Positions 49,239-60,850 of a stretch of 64,000 nt of DNA are shown piece by piece; the first letter of the stretch is position 1; each line of letters starts with the position of its first letter. Source of the stretch: Lama glama. Taxonomy: Eukaryota. The notes under the pieces are model-generated. The model was given only the letters and a program-made list of their open reading frames with translations, had not been told where the DNA came from and made no database searches. The position numbers were made by a program, and so were the translations under genes. The stretch lies in contig CM052817.1 of NCBI GenBank assembly GCA_028534125.1, positions 95,544,001 to 95,608,000 of the forward strand, read 5' to 3'.

Positions 49239-50684
49239 ACAAATTCTTTTTCATTTTAAGGGTCACTTCAACTTAGGGTAATTTGGCAGGTTCTAACAGA
49301 TCTATTACATTCCCTACGACCACCTCTTGGCAGATCTTGGTGTAACCAAATTCCCCTTTTAAGATCATTCTGGACACTCTCCCAAAGTATGAGATTTTTG
49401 CTGGTCAGGATGTCAGTTCAATGAACAGCTAAAATAGTAAAATTTAGCAACAGTTGATCTGTGCTCAATTATAAATCCTGGGTGGAGATTCTTAGGCATA
49501 AAAGAGTTCACAGCCTGAATCTTCTTTGTGCTCATTTCAAACTTCAATGCTTAGCAAACTTAAGCATTAAAGTCCATGCATAGGTCCCGGAAGTATTTCT
49601 CCAAAAACTGACATGAAATAAATCTATCTGGTAGAATATGGGAGGGAACTCTATTAAACTCTACTGGACAGAACATTAGATCAACTAGAAGACTCAGATT
49701 TCTTCGAATGTAATTCTTTCCCTTCCATGAGGATGAAACCGAGGCATAAAATTCTAGGACCTCTCTCACTCCAATGCACCCCACAACTTACACAGTCTTG
49801 AGTAACAGAACTGAGATTTCTAAAGTGACTGAGTCCTCATCCTGCCCCAAACCTTAGTTTAGGGAGGAACCTTAACTGTCATTCAAGCTCCTCTGAACCA
49901 TAAGACATCAATGCCAAAGTCTACAACCAACATGGGTTTGTGGAATTGGTTATTAGTAAACATCCTGGGGTCAACCCAGAAAAGTTTGATGACATTTTTT
50001 TTGTGTGTAATCCTGGGCAACAGTGAGCCTCAATGAATCCTTACTAATTGACTTTTAATCTGGCAGAGAACCACAAATGTTTCCTGTATCTGTTTTTTTT
50101 TTATGCAGGTCATTTAAAATCAATAGAAGAAAACTAGACCTTGATTCCTTTGGTGATAGACAATGGCTAGGACTGGTCCCCATCATGCTGGTGAGGCTGA
50201 TCACATAGAACCTGAGTACCTCGGGGAACTTCTCTAAGCATCCAAACAGAGAGGGTCCCTGGCAGAATTTAGCCAATTGATATCTGTCATCTCTATATAA
50301 CTTCACCTTAACAAGAAATCCATCAGGAATTTGGATGTTGCTTCTATGTTTTCCCTTTACTTGTACTTTCAAGATCAGTGGACCCTCAACAAATGCTTAT
50401 GGAATAAGTGAGACAGTTGCATGGCCAAGATCATGATTGTTGAACTAAATGGCAACTAAATTTTGCACTGCAACAGGGAAGCACACTGACAGGAGTCACA
50501 TCTAAAGGGCTTTGCTTATTATCTTGTCAGTTACCTAGACCAGTGACCACTTCTCTTCTGAATAATGCTGGTAGGATTAAAGTCTTATTTAGCAAATGCC
50601 CTTAAAATGTCCCAATGTTGGGGTCATTTACAAATCTTTGTTAGAACCATCAGGCCTGGGAGCTGTGTCATTCTTAACGGCTTT

Positions 50685-51140
50685 GTGTCAGACACTGCCG
50701 ATTGCTTATTCAATATCCAACAGAGCTAGAATTTTTTTCTTTAGGGTAGCAATGTGCCTTGCTTCAAAAGCACTCACTTCCCTTCCTAGCTTTGACTGCT
50801 GTTAGAGGCTAACCCTGAAATACAGTTCTGGCCAATGAGATGTAGGTGGAAGTTCCTGGGGAGAGATTCTCTGGCTCTCCCCTGCTCCCTGAAAAAAAAA
50901 GACAGTCTTGTGAAAAGGCCTTTCAGCCTGGCTCTTCCCCCTTGGACACTGGGAAGTAGAGAAGCCCTCTCAACCATGAAGATAAAAGCCATATGATAAG
51001 GGTGGTAGATAGAGCAAAAAAAGAGAAGGAGGCCGGGTCCCCAAACAGCTGCACCCATTTCTGAATTCATTATGTGAAAACAACGGACACCCATTTGGTT
51101 AAGTCACTGTGATTAAGCTGAATATATTTCTAACAGATAA
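50685..51140 (+). mobile_element. Old MLT1 LTR
   Basis: 'cacttcccttcc...agttctggccaatgagatgtaggtggaagt' is an MLT1 motif. Confidence 0.6.
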
Positions 51141-51264
51141 AGTCTTAAAGTGTGTAGCTAGTTTCACCCCTATTGGGCAACTTATCTCTGTTATGCAAAA
51201 CAGTATCAGAGTTGCTTAAAAGTATATTAAGGAGATGATAATGCATAATTAAAGAACAGTAATT

Positions 51265-51515
51265 GCCTACATTCATGGAGGATTTACCATGGTGCCAGGC
51301 ACTGTGTTATGTACGTACACATGTCACATTGACGTATATAACAGCATGATGGTTAGATACTATTGTTACCGTTCCCACTTTAAAAAAAGGTGTCTCAGGC
51401 TCCGGGAGGTTGAACAATGAATTTGAGGTCACTCAGCTGGTAAGTGACAACCTATCTCCAACCCAAGCCTGTCTGACTCCAAGGCCCAAACCCTTAACCA
51501 CTCATTACATTATAC
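51265..51515. mobile_element. MIR SINE
   Basis: 'gtgccaggcactgtgtta...tactattgtt...ggtcactcagctggtaagtg...aacccaagcctgtctgactcc'. Confidence 0.65.
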
Positions 51516-53124
51516 TATTATACAAGATCAGAGAAGAAAATCTAAGGGTTCTGATTTTTTTCACCAGAGACACATCTATCTACTACAATCTGAGTTCATT
51601 TGACTTTAAATTTTCCTATATTCACCAGCCATAACAAACCAGCATCCATGGATGCATAAATTTCAAGGGGGGCTTTACTAGGGCAACCCAAATGCTCACC
51701 CCGGGACCTGGACAGAGAGAAAACGGCCGAACTTGGAGCCTTCCCCTCATTTCTCTTGCCTGGGCCCTCTCGGGTCTCTTTCTGGGTCTTTACCGCTGAT
51801 GAGCTGCTGGATATCAAAAATCTGAGCACCAATTATGTAAATTTTAATTAAATCCTTTCAGGTCAGCTTTCAGTTGCCCTAGAATAAGACCCTATAATGA
51901 CTGTTGTTTCACCTTTTCCCAGCGAAGAAAAAGAACAAGCATTCAAGTGCAGAGCTACCCAACGACTCTATTAGGTGATGGCAAATCTTTAAATCCAAAA
52001 GGGTTTTCTGCTACGCATTATTATAAAGTATGGGCACACAGGAGAACACCTTGAGGGAAAGCATTAACCATTATTTGGGCAAACAGAAGAATTATCTCTT
52101 TTTCCTCTTGTTTATTGCTGGACTGGGTTGCTCAATATTTATTTATTGAATAAATGAGGGAATGAATAAACTAAAAACAAATCACTGTCACTAAAACATT
52201 TAAACTTTCTAAAATACTCTAAAATGGGAAAATTCAGACTAAGATAACTTCTCAAATACTAAAATTTTAATCTTCATTTATTTCTATAATTATATGATGT
52301 GCTATGCATCACACCTATAGAGTATTTAAAAAATTTTTTTTAACACGTCTCTTTTTAAATTCAAGTCACAGTCATTTCCAAATAGTATTCAAGTAAGCCT
52401 CTAGGGATCTGCAGTTCTCTTCACTGAGATTGGAATCCACTGGTGTTCTCAATTATTCTAGTCCTCTTTTCTTATGGGCAAGACTTGATCATATCACCCA
52501 ATTCCTTTAAAGATTTCTAAATTTTCTTAAAGCCCTTATCAGCTCCCAGACACGGCAATATTCTTGTGTGACTACATCCAGTTTCAAATTTTCAGTCTTC
52601 TCCGTCTGCTCCTCATCTCTTGAATTCGGTATTAACAGAAGATGTAACTCTTCCAGTTTGCCTTTCTCTTGACCTTGAGCTTTAGCACATTATAAAGTCT
52701 GTGTTAGTTGATGGCAGATTTAACATCTTAAGGCAACACTCATCACACACATTTTTCTCCTGGACTCAGAAATGCTATCTATTTGATGAAGCAGAGTTAC
52801 ATGTTTTTATATGATGGAGATTTCTGTCTGTTGGTTTGTTCAATCATTTTCCTCCAGGTAGGGCTGACAGACATGGGGTTGGGAAATATACCTTGTTAGT
52901 ATTTTCCTGTGAGAGTATGTCATAATATTGGCAACAGTGGTTATTTGTTACCAATCATAATAAGTAACACAGTTGGCAAACATTTTATTTTTTAAATAAA
53001 TAAAACTGGCCATCTCCACAATAATATCATTGTCAATAATTCAAATATTCATTACTTTCTTTAATGGGGGAGAAACCTGTGGATAGAGATGCAGCTGAAA
53101 GAGGAATTATACATACAACTAGTT

Positions 53125-53360
53125 AAGATTTACTTAGCATTTATGTTGTTTCAGGCACTGTGGTTAAGTCCTTTACTTTCATAATATTTAATCCTCACAA
53201 CACATTAAGGTTGATCGCATCATTGTCCTCATTGTACAGATGGGAAAAATCAAAGCTCAGAATGCTTGAGGAATTAGTCTGTTCTCACACAGCAGGGAAG
53301 AGGTGGAGGTGGGATCTGAACCTGGGATACCCAACCTGGAAGAGCAGGCACTCTGTGGCT
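53125..53360. mobile_element. MIR SINE
   Basis: 'tttaatcctcacaac...cattgtacagatgggaaaa...ggatctgaacctggg'. Confidence 0.65.
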
Positions 53361-55433
53361 TCCCTTATATCGCATGTGACATGTAACAGTCTTCATGGGG
53401 AGTCATCCCTTTTTGTGACGGGTCTTCAATCTCTCAAAGTAGAAAAAGCCTGATAGATGATGACCTTGATTGGGACTGGGTCCTAAGGAGGCCAAAGTCA
53501 TGTGTCTAATTTTTCCTAGATGGCAAGTGTCACTGAATTTTATGATCTCAGATGAAAATACAACGTTACCAGTTGCCTTAAACACAAACGTTCCTGTTAA
53601 AGAACAGAACGTAGCTACAGCGTGGAAGGTTTAACGTTTAATCCTACTCCAAACACACATCCTATTGACACGAAGTTGAAGAACTGAACTTGTGTATAAA
53701 AGTTAAGGCATTAATATAATCAATATAATTAAATGAAAAATCTAAACCATTTCTATTTAATCATTTAAGGATTGAAAGAGCAAAAAGTGGATTTTCAGCT
53801 CAGAATGTAAATGTAAACATCCAATGGTCTAAGGATGTGTTAAAAAACAGGCTGATACTCAGCGATACAACTCCAAAGTAGTTGAGCAAGAGAAGGCTAA
53901 ATTTAAAAAAAAAGAAAAAAAAAGTTTCCCTTCTATTTCAATTTTCCAATTGGAAAGGAAATCAAATAAATAAAAAAAATCAATATAGTATTTTGGTTAT
54001 AAATCAAAGTATGGAAAAATCAAATAATAAATCTAGAAATATGCAGGCACTACCAAACTGCATAGTGGAAACACAATATATTTTAGTTATGTGTCTTGTA
54101 TTACTGTAGGTTGTATATACGCATTTTTCTCCTATTTTCTGACTTGGTTGTCTTTGAAAGCATCTCTTTTTGGCCTCCTTTTTTTTACATAGATCTTAAA
54201 TATAATAGACAATCAATAAATATGTGTTGATTTGATTAAAATTTCACTAATTATAGGCAAAGGAGAGAAAAACACGGATGCATACGATATATAAATTAAT
54301 GTAAATCACATGCAAATAGATAAGGCTGAGAAATCCTAGCCTATCCCTTGTTGCACCACTTCCTACCCCTTAACAGAAAGTCACTACCTCCAGCGATGAT
54401 GATGGAGGCTCTATATTCTTTGGAGACTTCACTTCAGGAGAATCTTTGCTCACCCTCTGCATACTAGGGAGAACGAGGGAGAAGGCACACTACTGCGGAG
54501 GTGCAGGCCAGCTAATTACTTGCCTCAACTCGTACCGTAGAAGCTAGACTGGGTGTGAGCCAGTCTTTGCTCAGTGCCCTCTTCGCCTCATCCTCTGCCT
54601 CCCCACATGCTGAAGCTCAGGTTCTTAACCACACCACATACCAAAGGCTTTGCATAACTAAGCAGTCTTCAAACTGTACACTGTACTATAGAACATGTAC
54701 TATAGTGGAGAACAGATGTCACCATCAGAATCTTATTTTCTGCTACTTCCCAGTTTTGGCATGTGCACATTTGTAACCTTAATGTTCCACGAACAAAGAT
54801 TCTTGCATTTAATACTCATATGGGAGCTCACAAATGCTCCTTGAGTTGGAACGCTGTCATGCTCTGATTTCAACAGAGTACAGCTGTTTTTTCAGCACAC
54901 GATTTGTCTCCAGGTCCTGTTGGTGTTGTCTGAGCTGGAAATGTGGTCACATTCTAATCTCACAGGAGATACTGTCAGGTAAGACTCCTAGAGATATATA
55001 TTTGTCATTTCAAAAGCATATACGTACCCAACAGCCGTAAAGGCCAATGGAAGAGCTCCCCACCTGTCAAGACCCAAGTCACAGAACGATTTCTATTGTG
55101 AAGAAACAAGTAACATCTCCAGCAGAACAGGGCACCGAATAACACCAAATCCCAAATACTGGTCCAGCGGGAAACCATGAGTAAAAAGTGAGTTTCCCAA
55201 GGCAAGGCTTTCAAATGGAATGGCACACCTATTTCTTCTTCCAAAGTGAAGGTTTAGCCAAAACGTCCAACTACAATACCTAGACTTAGCCTACTAACCA
55301 CCCGTGCCTGTCAAGTGACGTCAGAATCACCATCAGCTGCTTATGGGGAGTGATTGTGTCTACTTCCTCCACTGCATTATTTATAGATAGGAGAATCACG
55401 TTACTGAGGCACCAGGATAATCATATGTATGCC

Positions 55434-55962
55434 TTTTTTTTTAAATTGAAGCACAGTCAGTTACAATGTGTCAATTTCTGGTGCACAGCACAATGCCCCA
55501 GTCATGCATATACATACATTTATGCGTTTTCATATTCTTTTCAATTAAAGGATAATATACAAGATATTGAACATAGTTCTCTGTGCTATACAAAAGAAAC
55601 TTAAAAAAATCTATTTTTATATATAGTGGCTAACATTTGTAATCTCAAACTCCCAAATTTATCCTTTCCTACCCCCTCTCCCTGGTAGCCTTAAGATTGT
55701 TTACTATGTCTGCAAGTCTGTTTCTGTTTTGTACATGAGTTTATAGTGTCCTTTTTTCTTTTTTTTTTCTAATTTCCATATATAAGTGATAACATATGGT
55801 ATTTTTCTTTCTCTTTCTGGCTTACTTCACTCAGAATGACGATCTCCAGGTTCACCCATGCTGCTGCAAATGGCATTATTTTATTTTTTATGGCTGAGTA
55901 GTATTCCATTGTATAAACATACCACAGCTTCTTTATCTGGTCATCTGTTGATGGACATTTAA
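55434..55962 (-). mobile_element. L1 3' end (ORF2 C-terminus plus 3'UTR)
   Basis: Peptide KCPSTDDQIKKLWYVYTMEYYSAIK...PFAAAWVNLEIVILSEVSQKEKEKYHM; poly-T start on the plus strand. Confidence 0.88.
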
Positions 55963-56591
55963 ACATTATTCAGTCATTTTCAGTCATTTTTTCCCTAAGT
56001 AATGGAATGTGGAAGAGTTAAATCAGGTTCGATTTGGTTCATGTATGGAATGGGGATGCAACGGGAATGTTTAAAAGAAGGGATGTAGAAGCAGCCATCA
56101 TTTTTTCTGAAGTTCTGTGCTCTCCCTGCTCAGCTAGAGTAGGATGTCTTACACCAGTGGCTCCTCAACTAAGGCTTCTAAATCCCCTTCAGTTTAATAT
56201 GGAGCCAGTCATCTAATACAGTATGCAAAAATATGTAAAAGAATTGGTTGCTAATTCCAGGCACCTATAATTTGGCCCATGTAGTTAAATGGTCATGTCT
56301 CTATATGAAGATGAAATGGCCCAGTGAATGTAGTCATAAGCTCCTATGTGACTCCACTGAGCCATTGCTTTGGCCTCAGTGTCTATCTATCAGTAGGGTC
56401 CTCTACATCTGATGTCCCCTATATCTTGTTAAATCAGGAAGGACATAACCATTTGATTCCACAGGGTAGGAAAACTTGCCATTCACACCCATGGAGGGAC
56501 AAGACTCTTACTTCATTTCCTCATTTCAAATACCAGCTTGAAAGGAGGTTTTTTATTCTTTAAAGTGGAAGGGTGCTTAAGAATAAATGTT

Positions 56592-56987
56592 TCATCCATG
56601 TTGCTGCAAATGGCATTATTTTATTGTTCTTTTAATTGACTAGTATTCCATTAGCACAACTTCTTTGTCCAGTCATCTGCATATATAGATATATAACTGA
56701 ATCACTATGCTGTACACTGGTGGAAATTAACACAACATTGTAAACTGACTATATTTCAATTAAAAAAAAAGAGTGGGATATAACACTACTGTGTATAAAA
56801 TAGACAACAAGGACCTACTGTGTAGCACAGAGAACTACATTCAATATCTTGTGATAACCTATAATGGAAAAGAATCTACAAAAGAATATTGGAGAATATG
56901 TATAAAATTGGATCACTTTACTGTACACCTGCAACTAACACAACACAGTAAATCAACTATATTTCAATAAAATTATTTTTAATTAAA
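56592..56987. mobile_element. Composite L1: inverted fragment plus two tandem 3' ends
   Basis: Minus-strand L1 piece ~56592-56679, plus-strand tail to poly-A at 56770, and a second plus-strand 3' end ~56774-56987. Confidence 0.7.
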
Positions 56988-59414
56988 AAGAATGAATGTT
57001 CCAAAAATACATACGGATGTATACAGATATGTTTTCACCTACCTGTGCATACAGTATCTCTGGAGGGATTCCCATGAAACTGGTAGCACCAGTTGGGTGG
57101 CAGAGAAAGAGAGGAGAAGGGGGGAGGGTAGGAGCAGTGAGTGGAGAACTGGTGGTGGGGAGAGGGGTTGGGGGATACCTTATTTCATCACTTGCAAATC
57201 AAGTTTCTAATCAACTCTAAACATGTAATATGATGTCTCCTTTTATCTTCTTAACACCTATGTAAGAAATAATAACCTATAACAAAATTCTCTACTGAGA
57301 GCTAATGTGAGCTAACGACGCTCACGCTCTGCTAAGTACCTGAAGTAAGTTGTGTCACTGGTCCTCCTAACAGCCTTTCTGGTAGGCTCTGTCCCCTTTC
57401 CACAGATACTGAAATGAACCACACACCCTGAGGGTGTCCTCCCCAGAGTCATGCCAAGTCAGAAGCAAGGTCAAAGGCAGGCATTGTGTTATGCTTTACA
57501 AAGAATTTTCGTCTTATGGGGCAGTGGCCCTGAGTCACGCAATTCTGGGACCACCTTTGCAATAATTTTTAATCAACAGAATCCTTGTATGATATCCCCA
57601 AACAAAACTTAGAGGTCTTGAAGAGTCTCCCACAAACGAATCATACCGGCCCCAAGCCAGAGTGTGCTGCACACCACCTCTGTGCTGGGTAACAGAGACC
57701 TTAAAGGACCAAGTACAGATCTCGTTCCTAAAGGTAAACTCTTTGCCGTTAGGTAAGATTATTTTAGAAAGCTTCACATTGACCTTTACAGACACTCTGC
57801 TGCTCTGATATAATAATAGCCAGAGGATTATCTTCCTATCAAGTTACAGCTGTTCACCTGGTCACTCACAAGAGTTTTATGCTTCGTGCAAGTTGGCCAA
57901 AGAGAGGTTGTGAACTTTGAGAGACCATTCACAGCGCCTCTGGTCCCAAATGCTGCCTCACAGAAGCAGGACTTTGTCCCCTGTCTCTCTGGAGCCTGTT
58001 CACTGTAAGGCTTTCTGTCCTCATTCCCACGTGCTCCTTCTATGCCTTTCTGTTTCCTGGATTCATTTATTTCAAAAAGAAAGACTGAAGAGTGAAACCC
58101 TTCTTCTATTCAGAGGAACCAGCACTCTAGGGCTTGTTTCCTTAAGTCCTGAATAATGTTTAAGTATTACACTGTAATATGTTGAGTTTTAAGAGACCAA
58201 AGCTTCCATGGTAGAAATGGAAATAATTTATTCTGGAAATTCTCACTGTATTGTTGTTAAACCTACAGGCCCTCTGAGAGCTGACAGTTTTACCCAGTTG
58301 AGTAAATATTTTGATACAGGCCAGTCTAAATAACTTCCATTTTCACGTGACTGTGTGAGATTGTTTTCTTTATCATTCTCTGTTGATAAAATAATCAGAA
58401 TTACCATCATGAGTCACCATCATTCTCCCTCACTGAATTTAAGATTAAATGGATGTGGAATCATCCATTACATTTTCTGCTGTAAGGACCAAAGGGACTT
58501 TGAGAAGAAAATCAAGACAAAGGTCTATGTACTGGCACAAGGCTGCCTCACTAACCCCATATTCGCATCAGAGTAAGTTACAGCCGACAGAAGTGCGCCC
58601 CGCGTTCCAGAGAACAGTGTCCATGATTTGCATTTCTATCACTTCATAGCTAAAATATTCAGCTGCTTTCAAAACTTACACTGGTGAAAAATAAGAAATG
58701 ACCTAACAAAGAACATGTGTGTTTTAGGGGTCACACTATACCGTCACCCACACAGGATTTTCTCGAATACACACACACACGTATGCATGTACATTCGAAG
58801 CTTTAAAAATGTGCTAACCTTAGTTTTAGTGCTTTGCTTATTGGAGCTGACAAAGCAGAATTTCAGGGAAGGATATCTGCTATAAGAGGTTAAAATCTGA
58901 AATACTGCAGAAAGCATGACAACTTCTGCTATTTGTAGATCTTCTGGGTTGAAATGTTTTCACGATGCGCTCTTAAATTCCTTTACTGAAGAGCAAAGAA
59001 TTATCTCGAGTTTCATGAAATTTATTGGAAGAAAGCAGAAATCTCTGACATCTGCAGAGAAATCAACAGGTAGGAGACAAAGCAGCTGGAACATCAGTTG
59101 TCTACCCTGAATTTCTAGCTTGTCCACCGACGGGACTCCTGTGTGAAGTGCTGGCAAGACAACGGGCTCATGAGTGGGCTCCAGCTCATCAGTCCCGATT
59201 TAGCTTTATTTTCGTTCCAAATCAAATTCCACATTTTGATAACTTTAGTGGGGGAGGGAGCTACAATTCAAAATTAAATCAAAGAAAGGAGTATTTATTG
59301 GGATTTTAAAACCAAATGGAATGAACAGACACAGATGTGTTTAGTAAGCTCAGGTTCAAATCAACAGATGTGAAATCAGCTAGTCGGGCGCAAGCATCCC
59401 CGACAATGATAATG

Positions 59415-59650
59415 TTGAGAGCTCTTAGTAGCATCGCCTGGTGGGCACTGCTCTGAATGCCTTACAGGTATGACATCACTCATCCTCACCACGACTCTGT
59501 GAGTTAGGTGTTATTATCAGCCACAATTTACAAAGGAGGAAGTCCACGTACAGAGAGTGGAAAGAAGCTCGCTGAAACTGACTCAGCTAGCAAGGGGCAG
59601 AGCCAAGATTTGAACCCTGGTGGTTTAGCTCCTGAGCTGGTACTGCCTCA
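59415..59650. mobile_element. MIR SINE
   Basis: 'atcctcaccacgactctgtgag..aggtgttattatc...cagctagcaaggggcagagccaagatttgaacc'. Confidence 0.65.
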
Positions 59651-59809
59651 CATGTGATTTAGGATTAACGTAACAGAGTGAAAATAACAAGCCACTGTAG
59701 GCATCGTCACAGTCTGTGCCCTCTATCCCAACCAAAGACCATCTGGAATTATTAAGCAGTCTTCACGTTCCTTGACCTTGAATTAACCTAAGATGTGATA
59801 TCTGAGGCA

Positions 59810-60295
59810 GAGACTGCGAGCTGTTCTCCAATAGACATGCTTTTCTTCTTCCTTTAATAAAGGAACCCCTTGAGGTTTTGCTGGACACCTGTCTGCCCAA
59901 CAAAAAACTCTGTTGGCCTCCCTAACAACTAGATGTAGCCATGTGACCAAGTTCTACACAGTGGGGTGAGCAGAAGTGATGTTCACAGCCTCGTGGTCAC
60001 GCCCTAAAAAGGAGGGCCGTGACCATGACTTCTTTCTTGCCTTCCTGCTGTTTAGGAAGTGGACGTGATGATATGGGAGGTAGAGGGGCCGTCCCGGATG
60101 GTGAAATGAGAGCTGTATGCTAAGGCTGGCAGAACAAGACAGAAGCCTGGGGACTCCAGGGCCCCAATGTCAGCCCCAGACTGTTCACACTCTGGCTGCC
60201 ACATCAGAGAGAAATAAACTTCTACTTTATTTAAGCTACTGTGATTTTGGACTTTTTTTTTTACAGCCATCAAAAATTTACCCTAACTAATACAT
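59810..60295 (+). mobile_element. Old MLT1 LTR
   Basis: 'ctagatgtagccatgtgaccaagttct', 'gagagaaataaacttctactttatttaagctactg' and end 'cctaactaataca'. Confidence 0.7.
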
Positions 60296-60644
60296 CTAAT
60301 TTTTTTTTTTAACATTTAAAGTAGGCTCAGCTACCCACTCTACAAGGCATACTCTCCATTTCCTGAGATGTTAATAATTCATGAGCAAGTTTCTGTCATG
60401 TTGGAGGCTTGTTTTTCAGGCCACTGTTAACACTGAAGTAGCATCTCCAGTGTCCAGTTGTTTCTTACGAAACAAGCACAAGTGTTAATAGAGCGATTAA
60501 AGAGCAAACCTGTAGCTTAGAAACTTGAAAATTTTCCAGAAGTGCACGTTCATACAGAGTTGCAGCAGTGACATGGAATTTGGGTACCTGGTCTACCACT
60601 TTTCACCTTCAATATGACCTTTACATACATCTGCCAACACCCAA

Positions 60645-60850
60645 AGTGGGCTTTCTCCACCTCAGCTCCAGTGACATTTTGGCCCAGATAATTCTCTGCT
60701 GTTGGGTCTGTTCTGTGCACTGTAAGATATTTAACAGCATCCCTGGCTTCTATCTAATAGAAGCCCCCTGGTCATAGCAATTAAAAATATCACCAGACAG
60801 TGTTAAACGTCCCCTGGGGGAGGTGCAAATCGCCCCCAGCGGAGAATTGT
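60645..60850. mobile_element. MER20 DNA transposon
   Basis: 'gacattttggcccagataattct...tgtgcactgtaagatatttaacagcatccctggc...ccagaca...tcccctgggg...aaatcgccccc'. Confidence 0.8.
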
